Below are positions 56,194-64,000 of a DNA stretch of 64,000 bases, in pieces. Origin of the DNA: Patescibacteria group bacterium (lineage in GTDB: Bacteria > Patescibacteriota > Microgenomatia > UBA12405). The stretch's first letter is position 1; the number at the start of each line of letters is the position of its first letter. The stretch lies in contig JBMNON010000002.1 of NCBI GenBank assembly GCA_050943115.1, forward strand, positions 27,157 through 91,156, given 5' to 3'. The notes below the pieces were generated by a model that worked only from the letters and a program-made list of their open reading frames with translations, searched no databases and was not told where the DNA came from. The position numbers were made by a program, and so were the translations under genes.

Positions 56194-58113
56194 ATGATAA
56201 TGAAGAAAGTGGTCTTTGTATTGCTATTGACGTTGTTTTTGACTAAGCCGGATTTGGCAGAGGCAAAGTCGTATTCAATTGACCAGGTGGATATTGAAGC
56301 CAGGGTGGATAAAGACGGTTCGATGAGTGTGACCGAGAAAAGAGTATATGACTTTGATGGCGACTACACCTTTGCATACCAGGAAATCAATAAAGCAGGT
56401 AGTGCAAGGGAAGCACAGTATTTGCTTGATAATTTCCGGTTGTGCGATGAGGTTGTTTGTTATCAGAAATTGGATAATTCCAGAATTGATACTTGGGATT
56501 CGAATAGACCAGAGAATACTTACTATGTTCAGGAACGTACCAATAGTTATTATATTAAATGGTTTTATAGGGCAGATAATGAGGAGAAAGAATTTTCGCT
56601 TAGCTATGATATTGAGAACGCCGTAACTTTACACGAGGATGTAGCGGAATTGTATTGGAAGCTGATTGGTGATGAGTGGGAGATTGGTCAGGAAAATATT
56701 AGTGCAAATATATATTTACCGGAAGGAATTGGTGATAATGATATAGAAGCTTATGCACATGGACCGTTGTCCGGCAGAGTTTCAATTCCGCAAAATAATT
56801 TAGTTACTTATGAACTTGGAAGTATTACCAGCGGTGATTTTTTTGAAGCCAGAGTTTTGATGCCAAAAAATATTTTTACCGGTGGTGCGATTGGTAGTGT
56901 AAACCGAAACAAAATAATTAGAGAAGAAAGTGATTTTATTCAGAGAACAGAAAGGCAGTTAGGTAGCCGCACAAACTGGTCAGCATTACTTTTGATTATA
57001 TCGGTTGGCTTGAGCATTTTTTCTTTGATTTATTTTATAAAAATGCTAAAAAAGTTTTGGATTTATGGTAAGGACAAGCCATTTCCGAAAGTAAACCTAT
57101 CGGATAGGCTTTGGGAACCGCCCAGTGACATCGATCCGGCTCAAATAGAACAACTTATCAGTGGCTCAAAATATCTGACTCCAAAATCGTTTACTGCAAC
57201 AATTCTCTCATTGATTCAGAGTAGGTATTACAAACTAGTGAGAAGCGACAAAAAGGAAGGTTTGATTTTTAAAAATTATAAATATTATCTCCAAAAACTT
57301 GAAGTTGAAAAAGAAATGAGCGCCATCCAGATTAGTGTTGTAAGTTTTTTGGACCGGGTAAATACTAAAAAAATTAGTGTAGGGGGCGAGACAAAAAATA
57401 TATTAGCGCTGGATGATATTGTAAGTTATTGCCGCGGTAACAGAGTATATTGCCAGCAATATTTTAGGGAGACTTGGCCTGAAGTAGTGTTGAAAGAGAA
57501 CTTGAAAGAGGGAAATTTCGATAAAATTTCAAGTGATAATAAGAACTACGGATCATTAGTTTTTTTTGTAATAATATTGATTCAGGTTTATGCGATTTTT
57601 AAGTTAGGTGGTAGTTTACTAGTGGGAAGGGCAACAGCTTTTGTAATCCTTGGGACATTTATGACTTTTATTTTTAACATCACTGCGGGTATTTTTCATT
57701 CATATGGAGAGAGACGGACAGAAAAAGGAAGCTGGGAGGCAGCTTCCTGGTTGGCTTTTAAAAGACACATGAAGGAGTATGACAAAACAAAAAGATCACC
57801 CATAGATTCAATTATTCTTTGGGAAAAATACTTGGTCTATGGAACTGCTTTGGGGATTTCGGAAAAAGTATTAGCACAGTTACCTGTCAGGTTTCCAGAT
57901 TCAGACGCAAATATTGGGGCAACTTATTGGGGTGTGGCTTCGACTCGGGATATGGCGAATATATCAAATAATATATCTTCGGTAACAAACGCCATTTCAA
58001 GTATTTCCAGTGCTGCAAATTCAAGTTACGGGGCATCAGGTGTGGGTTCTTCCGGTGGAGCTTCGGGTGGTGGTGGCGGCGGTGGAGGAGGGGGTGGAGG
58101 CGGAGCAGGCTGA
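56194..58113 (+). CDS. DUF2207-family membrane protein with C-terminal poly-Gly tail
   Basis: Signal peptide. N-terminal DUF2207-like domain (YSIDQVDIEARVDKDGSMSVTEKRVYDFDG). Several TM helices. Ends GGASGGGGGGGGGGGGGAG. Confidence 0.6.
   Translation: MIMKKVVFVLLLTLFLTKPDLAEAKSYSIDQVDIEARVDKDGSMSVTEKRVYDFDGDYTFAYQEINKAGSAREAQYLLDNFRLCDEVVCYQKLDNSRIDTWDSNRPENTYYVQERTNSYYIKWFYRADNEEKEFSLSYDIENAVTLHEDVAELYWKLIGDEWEIGQENISANIYLPEGIGDNDIEAYAHGPLSGRVSIPQNNLVTYELGSITSGDFFEARVLMPKNIFTGGAIGSVNRNKIIREESDFIQRTERQLGSRTNWSALLLIISVGLSIFSLIYFIKMLKKFWIYGKDKPFPKVNLSDRLWEPPSDIDPAQIEQLISGSKYLTPKSFTATILSLIQSRYYKLVRSDKKEGLIFKNYKYYLQKLEVEKEMSAIQISVVSFLDRVNTKKISVGGETKNILALDDIVSYCRGNRVYCQQYFRETWPEVVLKENLKEGNFDKISSDNKNYGSLVFFVIILIQVYAIFKLGGSLLVGRATAFVILGTFMTFIFNITAGIFHSYGERRTEKGSWEAASWLAFKRHMKEYDKTKRSPIDSIILWEKYLVYGTALGISEKVLAQLPVRFPDSDANIGATYWGVASTRDMANISNNISSVTNAISSISSAANSSYGASGVGSSGGASGGGGGGGGGGGGGAG
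58050..58110 (+). repeat. GGN trinucleotide simple repeat encoding poly-Gly
   Basis: ggtggtggtggcggcggtggaggagggggtggaggcgga. Confidence 0.8.
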
Positions 58114-58114
58114 T

Positions 58115-58756
58115 TTATTTTTGAATAGTTCTTCTGACAATTTCGCAAGCAGCTTCCAGTGTATTTTCTAATTGGCCGGTTGGGTTGATCAGTAAATTGT
58201 ACCTGACGGGACCGTTTTCTTCCATCCTGGATTTGTACCTTATCCATTCGGACCAATCTTCTCTAATTCTATCTAGAAAGTCTGTACGTTTGGCATTGGG
58301 ATCACGAGCAAAAAACCTGTCTTTCAGAACAGTCAGGCGTTCAGTGCCAATGTAGATTACCACAGTATTATTTATTAGGACTTCAGCTTCTTGTGGTGAA
58401 AAATTTTGTTCATAAAAACATTTGATGTCAATTGCACGACTTGGGTCAATTCTCCAGAAGGCGCTCTTCCCTTCTAGGATTTGGAGTAAACTTTTTCTTC
58501 TGGTTGCTTTGCCTCCTCCGTAAAGAACATATTCGGCATAGACATTATTATCAATATTTCGTTGGAATTCCTTGGGATTTACGAAGTTGTAATCAACTCC
58601 ATTGACTTCTCCGTCTCGTGGTAATCGGGCAGCGTCGGTGACAATTCTTTGAATATCAGGAAACTTTTTCTCAATGTGTTTAAGTACGGAATCTTTCCCA
58701 ACTCCAGTAGGACCGGTTACGATTGCTAATTTACCTATTTTTCCCTCAGGACTCAT
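58115..58756 (-). CDS. gmk: guanylate kinase
   Basis: P-loop GPTGVGKDS and guanylate-binding TDAARLPRDGEVNGVDYNFV. Confidence 0.7.
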   Translation of the reverse strand: MSPEGKIGKLAIVTGPTGVGKDSVLKHIEKKFPDIQRIVTDAARLPRDGEVNGVDYNFVNPKEFQRNIDNNVYAEYVLYGGGKATRRKSLLQILEGKSAFWRIDPSRAIDIKCFYEQNFSPQEAEVLINNTVVIYIGTERLTVLKDRFFARDPNAKRTDFLDRIREDWSEWIRYKSRMEENGPVRYNLLINPTGQLENTLEAACEIVRRTIQK

Positions 58757-58780
58757 TGTTGAGTCCTATAATAACATATT

Positions 58781-59386
58781 TTATTCCAGTATTCCGTCAA
58801 GGTTGATGTCGTAGATAATTTCTTCGTTAAGCAGCCTGTAGCTAAGAAGTTCTTCGGGTTTAAACCAGAGAGTAATTTCTTTTTCTGCTTCATCCGGTGA
58901 ACCTGAAGCGTGAACAAGATTTCTTACAGACCTGCCATCAATATCAGCAATTTCGTAAGAATCAATAGTAAGGTCGCCTCTTATGGTGCCAACATCTGAA
59001 GTTCTGGGTTCGGTTGATCCGCAAATCTTTCGAACAACGCTTACGGCATGCATTCCTTGCCAAACCATGGCGACAACAGGCCCGGAGGACATATATTTAA
59101 CAAGGTTGCTCAGGACACGATTGCCAACTTCTTCCGGGTTTTCGGAGGGAGGTGTCTTGTTTTGGGTTTTATAAGACTCTATGGCTTTGGTTCCGGTTTT
59201 TATTTTCCATTCAGGATCGACGGTATAGTGTTTTTCGATAAGATCTTTTGGGGGGACAAGCATCTTTAAAGCAATTAGTTTAAGTCCGGATCTTTCGTAT
59301 CTTTTGATAATTTCCCCTATTAATGTTCTTTGGACTCCGTCAGGTTTAATAACAACTAAGGTTTTTTCTTTTTTAATATCTGGCAT
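58781..59386 (-). CDS. ndk: nucleoside diphosphate kinase (long form with insertion)
   Basis: TLVVIKPDGV, active site NLVHASGSPDEAEKEITLWF. Start at MPDIKKE. Confidence 0.75.
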   Translation of the reverse strand: MPDIKKEKTLVVIKPDGVQRTLIGEIIKRYERSGLKLIALKMLVPPKDLIEKHYTVDPEWKIKTGTKAIESYKTQNKTPPSENPEEVGNRVLSNLVKYMSSGPVVAMVWQGMHAVSVVRKICGSTEPRTSDVGTIRGDLTIDSYEIADIDGRSVRNLVHASGSPDEAEKEITLWFKPEELLSYRLLNEEIIYDINLDGILE

Positions 59387-59487
59387 GTATTCAATGAATA
59401 AGTAATGTTTGAATTGTTGCATTTCCAGCTAGTATTATCAAGCCCTACATATAATAATGTTAAATAAAATACATGTATTGATATATT

Positions 59488-59497
59488 GATAATTATC
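59488..59497 (+). promoter_or_regulatory. perfect 10-bp palindrome GATAATTATC (candidate operator) upstream of the ArsR-family gene
   Basis: Centred 21 nt upstream of the ATG. Flanked by a direct TTGATA repeat. Confidence 0.35.
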
Positions 59498-59513
59498 TAT
59501 ATAATAAAGACAT

Positions 59514-59819
59514 ATGGATAAAATATTTAAAGCTTTGTCTGACAAGAATAGACGGCGAATAATAACATTACTAAACGAAAGGAGCATGTCCGTAAACGAA
59601 ATACTGGAACATTTTGAGGTTACTCAGGCAACTCTTTCAAGCCATCTGGCAATTTTAAGAAAAACAGAATTGGTAAAAGTTGAGACAAGGGGAAAGCAGA
59701 GGATTTATCATCTGAATAAAAAGTTATTAAGCGCTTTTGTGGGTAGTTTGAAAAAATTTAACGGTGAAATTGAGAGTAATTCAAACAAGGATATTATCGT
59801 GAGAAGAAAATCTAGCTAA
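59514..59819 (+). CDS. ArsR/SmtB-family transcriptional regulator
   Basis: LSDKNRRRIITLL...VNEILEHFEVTQATLSSHLAILRKTELV wHTH. Confidence 0.75.
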   Translation: MDKIFKALSDKNRRRIITLLNERSMSVNEILEHFEVTQATLSSHLAILRKTELVKVETRGKQRIYHLNKKLLSAFVGSLKKFNGEIESNSNKDIIVRRKSS

Positions 59820-59887
59820 TAATTGACTATAGGATAAGATTGGTGTAAATTTAGGGTAGTAACATTGATTAAAAATTCTATCTTTAA

Positions 59888-60520
59888 ATGAAATTAAATA
59901 GGATAAAAGAAAAGTTTGGTGCAAATTCGGCAGAAGAAATTGTCAGTATGTTTTTGGGTTTGTTGGTAGTTGTTGTGGTTATCGGATTGGTGGTTAATTT
60001 TGTGCAAAGAAGAAAAGGAAGCATTGATATTCCCGGGATAAACACGTTTGAGAATATTTCTCTCAATAAGGAAGAGGGGGGCAGTGAATCAGTAGCCGAA
60101 GCTGACGGTGAAATAAGTGATAGCGGGACGGGAAACTATGAAGTCGTTACCGGTGATAATTTGTGGAAAATTGCAGAGGTTAAATTGGGCAGCGGTTATG
60201 CCTGGAAAGAGATTGCTCAAGCTAATAATATTAGTAATCCTTCATATTTGGAAGTGGGACAACAACTTACCATTCCGCAATCTGAAAAGAAAGAGGCTTT
60301 TGAAGCTTCCGTTGCCAACACCGGAGTCGAGGAAGGTAAGGAATATACGGTGATAAAAGGAGATCATTTGTGGAAACTGGCTGTGGCTGCTTATGGAGAT
60401 GGATTTAAATGGGTAGAGATTTGGAATGCGAATAAGGGAGCTATTGAAAACCCTTCTTTAATTGAGGTTGGCATGGTATTGCAGATTCCTAAATTGGAGA
60501 CTTCTCCTGTGGTAGAATAA
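59888..60520 (+). CDS. membrane-anchored protein with two LysM domains
   Basis: N-terminal TM. YEVVTGDNLWKIAEVKLGSGYAWKEIAQANNI and YTVIKGDHLWKLAVAAYGDGFKWVEIWNANKG. Confidence 0.75.
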   Translation: MKLNRIKEKFGANSAEEIVSMFLGLLVVVVVIGLVVNFVQRRKGSIDIPGINTFENISLNKEEGGSESVAEADGEISDSGTGNYEVVTGDNLWKIAEVKLGSGYAWKEIAQANNISNPSYLEVGQQLTIPQSEKKEAFEASVANTGVEEGKEYTVIKGDHLWKLAVAAYGDGFKWVEIWNANKGAIENPSLIEVGMVLQIPKLETSPVVE

Positions 60521-60530
60521 GTAGGCATTT

Positions 60531-60601
60531 GCGGCTATAGTTTAATGGTAAAATATGTCCTTCCCAAGGATAGGTCGAGGGTTCGATTCCCTCTAGCCGC
60601 T
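60531..60601 (+). tRNA. tRNA-Gly (anticodon CCC)
   Basis: GCGGCTA acceptor. Loop TTCCCAA. Confidence 0.8.
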
Positions 60602-60605
60602 CAAA

Positions 60606-60677
60606 GCCGAAGTAGCTCAGTGGTAGAGCATGGCTTTCGTAAAGCCGGGGTCAGGGGTTCAAATCCCCTCTTCGGCT
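60606..60677 (+). tRNA. tRNA-Thr (anticodon CGT)
   Basis: GCCGAAG acceptor. Stem TGGCT/AGCCG, loop TTCGTAA. Confidence 0.8.
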
Positions 60678-60710
60678 CTTAATCTGTAGTAAAATATAAG
60701 AAGCATTCAT

Positions 60711-61427
60711 ATGCCAGAATTCAAACGTTCAAGGCTGGAAAGGAAAGCTGAAGAACAAATAACAAGAAAAACAGTGTTTTTGGGATTTGCCACTTTATTG
60801 AGTGTTGTTTTGGTGATCGTGTTTGGTCTACCGTTTCTCGTTAGGTTTTCAATATTCTTAGGAGAGACTAAGAGCAAGAACGATACTGAAGAAGTGGAAG
60901 GGATACCGCCTTTGGCTCCAAGAATTGTATTGCCTTTTGAAGCAACTAACAGCGCTAGGATTGCAGTAGTGGGAACGGCTGAAGCGAATACCGAGGTAGA
61001 ATTGCTAAAAAATGACGTTTCATTGGGGAAAGAGGAAGTTAGCGCTGAAGGAGATTTTAGTTTTTCAAATATTGAGTTGGATAGCGGTGAAAATCATTTT
61101 AGTGCCATTGCTATTGCCGATGACGGGCTGAGCAGTGATATATCAGCACCCTCAGTTATTGTGTTTGATAACGAATCTCCAACGATTGAGATGACACATC
61201 CGATAGAAGATAGTGTGACCGTAGAAAGTGCGGAGTATGAAGTGGCCGGAAAAAGCGAAAAGGACGTTAGTGTATTGGTTAACGGAAGAGTGGCTTTGGT
61301 GGATAATGAAGGACAGTTTAAGACTATTTTGCAGTTGAATCCGGGTAAAAATGATATTGAAGTAACAGTGAGAGACCTTGCCGGTAATGAGGCTAAAAAG
61401 AAGATTGAGGTAACTTACGATATCTAA
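60711..61427 (+). CDS. membrane-anchored hypothetical protein with Ig-like/BIG-like beta domains
   Basis: N-terminal TM. Acidic beta-rich repeats. No catalytic motif. Confidence 0.4.
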   Translation: MPEFKRSRLERKAEEQITRKTVFLGFATLLSVVLVIVFGLPFLVRFSIFLGETKSKNDTEEVEGIPPLAPRIVLPFEATNSARIAVVGTAEANTEVELLKNDVSLGKEEVSAEGDFSFSNIELDSGENHFSAIAIADDGLSSDISAPSVIVFDNESPTIEMTHPIEDSVTVESAEYEVAGKSEKDVSVLVNGRVALVDNEGQFKTILQLNPGKNDIEVTVRDLAGNEAKKKIEVTYDI

Positions 61428-62506
61428 ATTAGGAAAAGAAGAATCAGACACCAGGGATAAAAGAGAGAGTTTGCAAACAGCGAATGAAAAACCAAAGCGA
61501 TAAGGATTGTTTGATGAGTCAGATCGGTTTTTTGAAAATATGTGTATAAACCGAGAAGGAAAAGAGACAGGCCGATTATTCCAGTGGTGACCAGGATGTT
61601 TATCAAGGAGGAATCAAATGCGTTTTTGGAATGGGAGTTGGGCTCCGTATTGCTTCGGTAGTAAGATATGTTGTTGTAACCAATGCCAAGGACCGGAGAT
61701 TTGGGGATTAAAGTAAAGGCTTCTTTGTAGTTTTCTATTTTAGCAATAATCGAGGAAGTTCTTTCTAGTTTGGTCCCCTCACCGGGCATTCTTGGTAATG
61801 AAAATATTGTTATCAAGAAGACAATGAAGCTGATGATAAAAATTCGGGATTTTTTAGTTTTTAGGGCGATGTAAGTGAATGCAAGAAGAAAGGCAAGAAG
61901 AGAAGATCGGCTGTAGGTTAGGGCGAGGCCGATATAGGAAAACGCAACGAGAGGCGTGATCGTTTGTTTTTTTAGGAAAATAAATATCAAAAAGATTAAG
62001 AATATAAGAGCAGTGAAGGTGGGGTCAAAAAAGGTACCGACAAGGCGGTACAAATGAGGATCCCATTGGAGAGAGTCGAAGTAAGTGAAATCAGGCCAGA
62101 AAAAATACTGGAGTAATCCGAAGATAATCGAGGATATCAATATTAGGGATAAGAAGCCAAGAGCTTTTTTTGTAAAAATATTTTTATTTAGTGGAAAAAT
62201 AAAAAATGATAAAAGCAGGTTGAGCCGGAGAAGGTAGAATAAGGAAGTTAGCGATAGGTGGTTTGACCTTATTAAATTTGTGGTATAGGTTAGCCATGTA
62301 AAAACCAGGAAGACGAGAAAGGGTTTATTGTGGATTTTGAGGTTCTTAGACGTTCGAAGAGAAATGATGTTGGTTATAAATAAGGTCAGGATAGCAAGGT
62401 CTAAGGCCGGAAAGGAAACTGAAAATAATTGGAAACGTAATAATTGGCCAAAGAAAAACACAATTAGGGTGAGATAAAAGGCTATTTTTGTTGCTGTAAG
62501 TGCCAT
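61424..62506 (-). CDS. O-antigen ligase/polymerase-like (Wzy_C family) polytopic membrane protein
   Basis: ~10 TM helices, 360 aa. Adjacent to glycosyltransferases. Confidence 0.45.
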   Translation of the reverse strand: MALTATKIAFYLTLIVFFFGQLLRFQLFSVSFPALDLAILTLFITNIISLRTSKNLKIHNKPFLVFLVFTWLTYTTNLIRSNHLSLTSLFYLLRLNLLLSFFIFPLNKNIFTKKALGFLSLILISSIIFGLLQYFFWPDFTYFDSLQWDPHLYRLVGTFFDPTFTALIFLIFLIFIFLKKQTITPLVAFSYIGLALTYSRSSLLAFLLAFTYIALKTKKSRIFIISFIVFLITIFSLPRMPGEGTKLERTSSIIAKIENYKEAFTLIPKSPVLGIGYNNISYYRSNTEPNSHSKNAFDSSLINILVTTGIIGLSLFLLGLYTYFQKTDLTHQTILIALVFHSLFANSLFYPWCLILLFLI

Positions 62507-63237
62507 AGTTTTGCCCTCACCAGAAAAGAGTGGAAGCTCATACCCAGAGCGATAATGATTCCCGGCGTCGAGTCTAATAAACCGAGTTTGATAATGTAAG
62601 TTTGGAAGAATTTGGCTGTGGGGTAGAATAGGATTTGGAAAATATTTGACCTCTCTCCCCTATCTAAAAGTTCACGGGCCCTGATGTCAGTGTAGAAATT
62701 TATTTTATTTAAAAAAGAAGAGAGGGTTTGATGGGAACAATGGTAAATCATTATATTTTTTTCATTTTTTACGAAGGCTGAGCTACTATACCATTTTTCG
62801 TGAACCATACCTTCGAATTTACCTTTATTTTTGTTAAACAAACGGAGAAAGGTTTGGGAGGAAGTCTCTCCATGTTTTAGGGTGTAACCAAGAAAACAAT
62901 CTGATCTGGTAAAAGCGTAATTATCATATTGATTAATATCTATATTATTAACGTAGTTAATAAAATTGACACTTGGTTGTTCGTCGGCATCAAGCCAAAG
63001 TATCCAGTCGTTTGATGTTTTTGTAACCAAATAATTTCTTTGGGCAGCAAAGTTGTTGTTCAACTTTCTTTTAATAATTTTTACTTTTCTAGTTTTTGAT
63101 TCATGTTTTCTGAGTACTTCTAGGGTGTCATCGTCAGAATAGTCGTCAACGGCTACAATTTCATTGATTCTGGGGCATTTGTCAAGCCAACTATAATTTT
63201 TTAGAATGTTTTGAGATTCGTTTTTGGTGAGGAGCAT
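62482..63237 (-). CDS. family 2 glycosyltransferase
   Basis: EIVAVDDYSDDDTLEVL (DxD) and WLDADE. Start at MLLTKNESQ. Confidence 0.65.
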   Translation of the reverse strand: MLLTKNESQNILKNYSWLDKCPRINEIVAVDDYSDDDTLEVLRKHESKTRKVKIIKRKLNNNFAAQRNYLVTKTSNDWILWLDADEQPSVNFINYVNNIDINQYDNYAFTRSDCFLGYTLKHGETSSQTFLRLFNKNKGKFEGMVHEKWYSSSAFVKNEKNIMIYHCSHQTLSSFLNKINFYTDIRARELLDRGERSNIFQILFYPTAKFFQTYIIKLGLLDSTPGIIIALGMSFHSFLVRAKLWHLQQQK

Positions 63238-63247
63238 TAGGGAGATG

Positions 63248-64000
63248 TTAGGTTGATATGTGGTCGCTTGTACATTTGAGGATGTCGTTTGTTGTTTTTT
63301 CCCAGTCAATTTCATTGTTTTTAAAAAATAGTAAAATATTTTTACTTAAAAAATTACTAAGTGTTTTCTTAGCAATTTTAATATTATTTGGGTAAAGAAA
63401 TCCATTGATTCCATGTTGAATAATTTCAGGAGTTCCTCCTTCATTTTTTCCTAGTATAAAAAGACCACTGCCTGAAGCTTCAAGCGTAGCAATTCCAAAG
63501 GGTTCTTTAATATAGTTAGAAAGAAAAATTGAATATTTTTCTAGTATTTTAAATTTTTCATTATCGTTTTCAGTTTTAATTATATTAATGTTTGTTTTAT
63601 GCTTATTTGCTACGTTCGTAATTTTTTGAGTCTCTAATGTTATTCTTCCGATAATTGAGACATTTGAGGATGGTTTAAGTTGGTACGAAGTAAATACATG
63701 ACCTTTTAAATACGAAAGCTGCCCAATTGTTATTATTTTTTTATTTTGTTCTTTATTAATTTGTTTTGCTTTAATTCGCTTTAATCCGGGGTAGATTACT
63801 ATAGAATTTTTTGAGTAATATTTTTTAAGAAGGTGTTGCTCGTATACTGAAATAGAAAAAATGTTATTTGATCTTCTTGTGTTATATCTATCTATAAATT
63901 TTATGTATGTTCTAAGGGTACGAGCAAGTGTCTTTTTAATGTTATAGTAATCAAAAGATGTTTTTTCATAAAATTCTCTCTTTGGTTCAGTGAAAATGTA
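63248..64000 (-). CDS. family 1 (GT4-type) glycosyltransferase, 3' portion (5' end outside window)
   Basis: Minus-strand frame open to the window edge. C-terminal motif EPFGIATLEASGSGLFILGKNEGGTPEIIQHGINGFLY. Confidence 0.55.
   Translation of the reverse strand, partial: YIFTEPKREFYEKTSFDYYNIKKTLARTLRTYIKFIDRYNTRRSNNIFSISVYEQHLLKKYYSKNSIVIYPGLKRIKAKQINKEQNKKIITIGQLSYLKGHVFTSYQLKPSSNVSIIGRITLETQKITNVANKHKTNINIIKTENDNEKFKILEKYSIFLSNYIKEPFGIATLEASGSGLFILGKNEGGTPEIIQHGINGFLYPNNIKIAKKTLSNFLSKNILLFFKNNEIDWEKTTNDILKCTSDHIST

Noticed and set aside
58026-58256. Minus-strand ORF encoding a 13-residue poly-proline run
   Set aside because: It is the reverse-complement reading of the GGN repeat that encodes the poly-Gly tail of the DUF2207 protein. 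It has no independent support.
1-64000. Alternative genetic code (UGA or UAG reassignment, as in some candidate phyla)
   Set aside because: Long genes such as dnaE, recG, ppsA and PBP1A are uninterrupted with standard stops. All three stop codons terminate recognisable proteins at expected lengths. The single in-frame TAA in the AI-2E gene is isolated.
1-64000. CRISPR arrays, rRNA genes, integrases/transposases, prophage
   Set aside because: No regularly spaced direct repeats are visible. There are no 16S/23S/5S signatures and no recombinase-like ORFs. The only holin-like hit (DUF360 at 41111-41521) sits among ordinary membrane genes.

Overview
This 64-kb window comes from a low-GC (~38-40%) bacterial chromosome. 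Genes are densely packed and often overlap at ATGA junctions. Several proteins are reduced or archaeal/eukaryote-like: a short trigger factor, a short PheT, a DRG-type GTPase, and a PolX without a PHP domain. Together with a cell-surface-rich gene set, these suggest a Patescibacteria/CPR-like organism (inference). The window opens with a type IV pilus locus at 1-10.6 kb. It contains five tandem (pseudo)pilin genes, a lipoprotein, a degenerate M23-like protein, and a 949-aa secreted protein with a very cysteine-rich N-terminus. A PilX_N-domain protein and pilM-pilN-pilO follow. This locus is the most unusual part of the window. Next is a conserved housekeeping block: KH-domain protein, rpsP, rnc, nusB, rpmF, recG, PBP1A, and the classical thrS-infC-rpmI-rplT-pheS-pheT operon. 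The middle of the window is very tRNA-rich. I read 19 tRNA genes by eye, including an eight-tRNA array at 34.5-35.4 kb. The tRNAs are interspersed with tRNA-modification genes (tgt, a MiaB-like methylthiotransferase, a DRG GTPase) and a cluster of small membrane and hypothetical proteins. The 3' third carries lexA, rsmI, ppsA, lgt, rplS, dnaE, htpX-lemA, PolX, a DUF2207 protein, gmk, ndk, an ArsR regulator, a LysM protein and the start of a glycosylation locus. I see no rRNA, CRISPR array, integrase, transposase or evidence of an alternative genetic code. All calls are made by eye from the sequence and the supplied ORF track, with no database searches.
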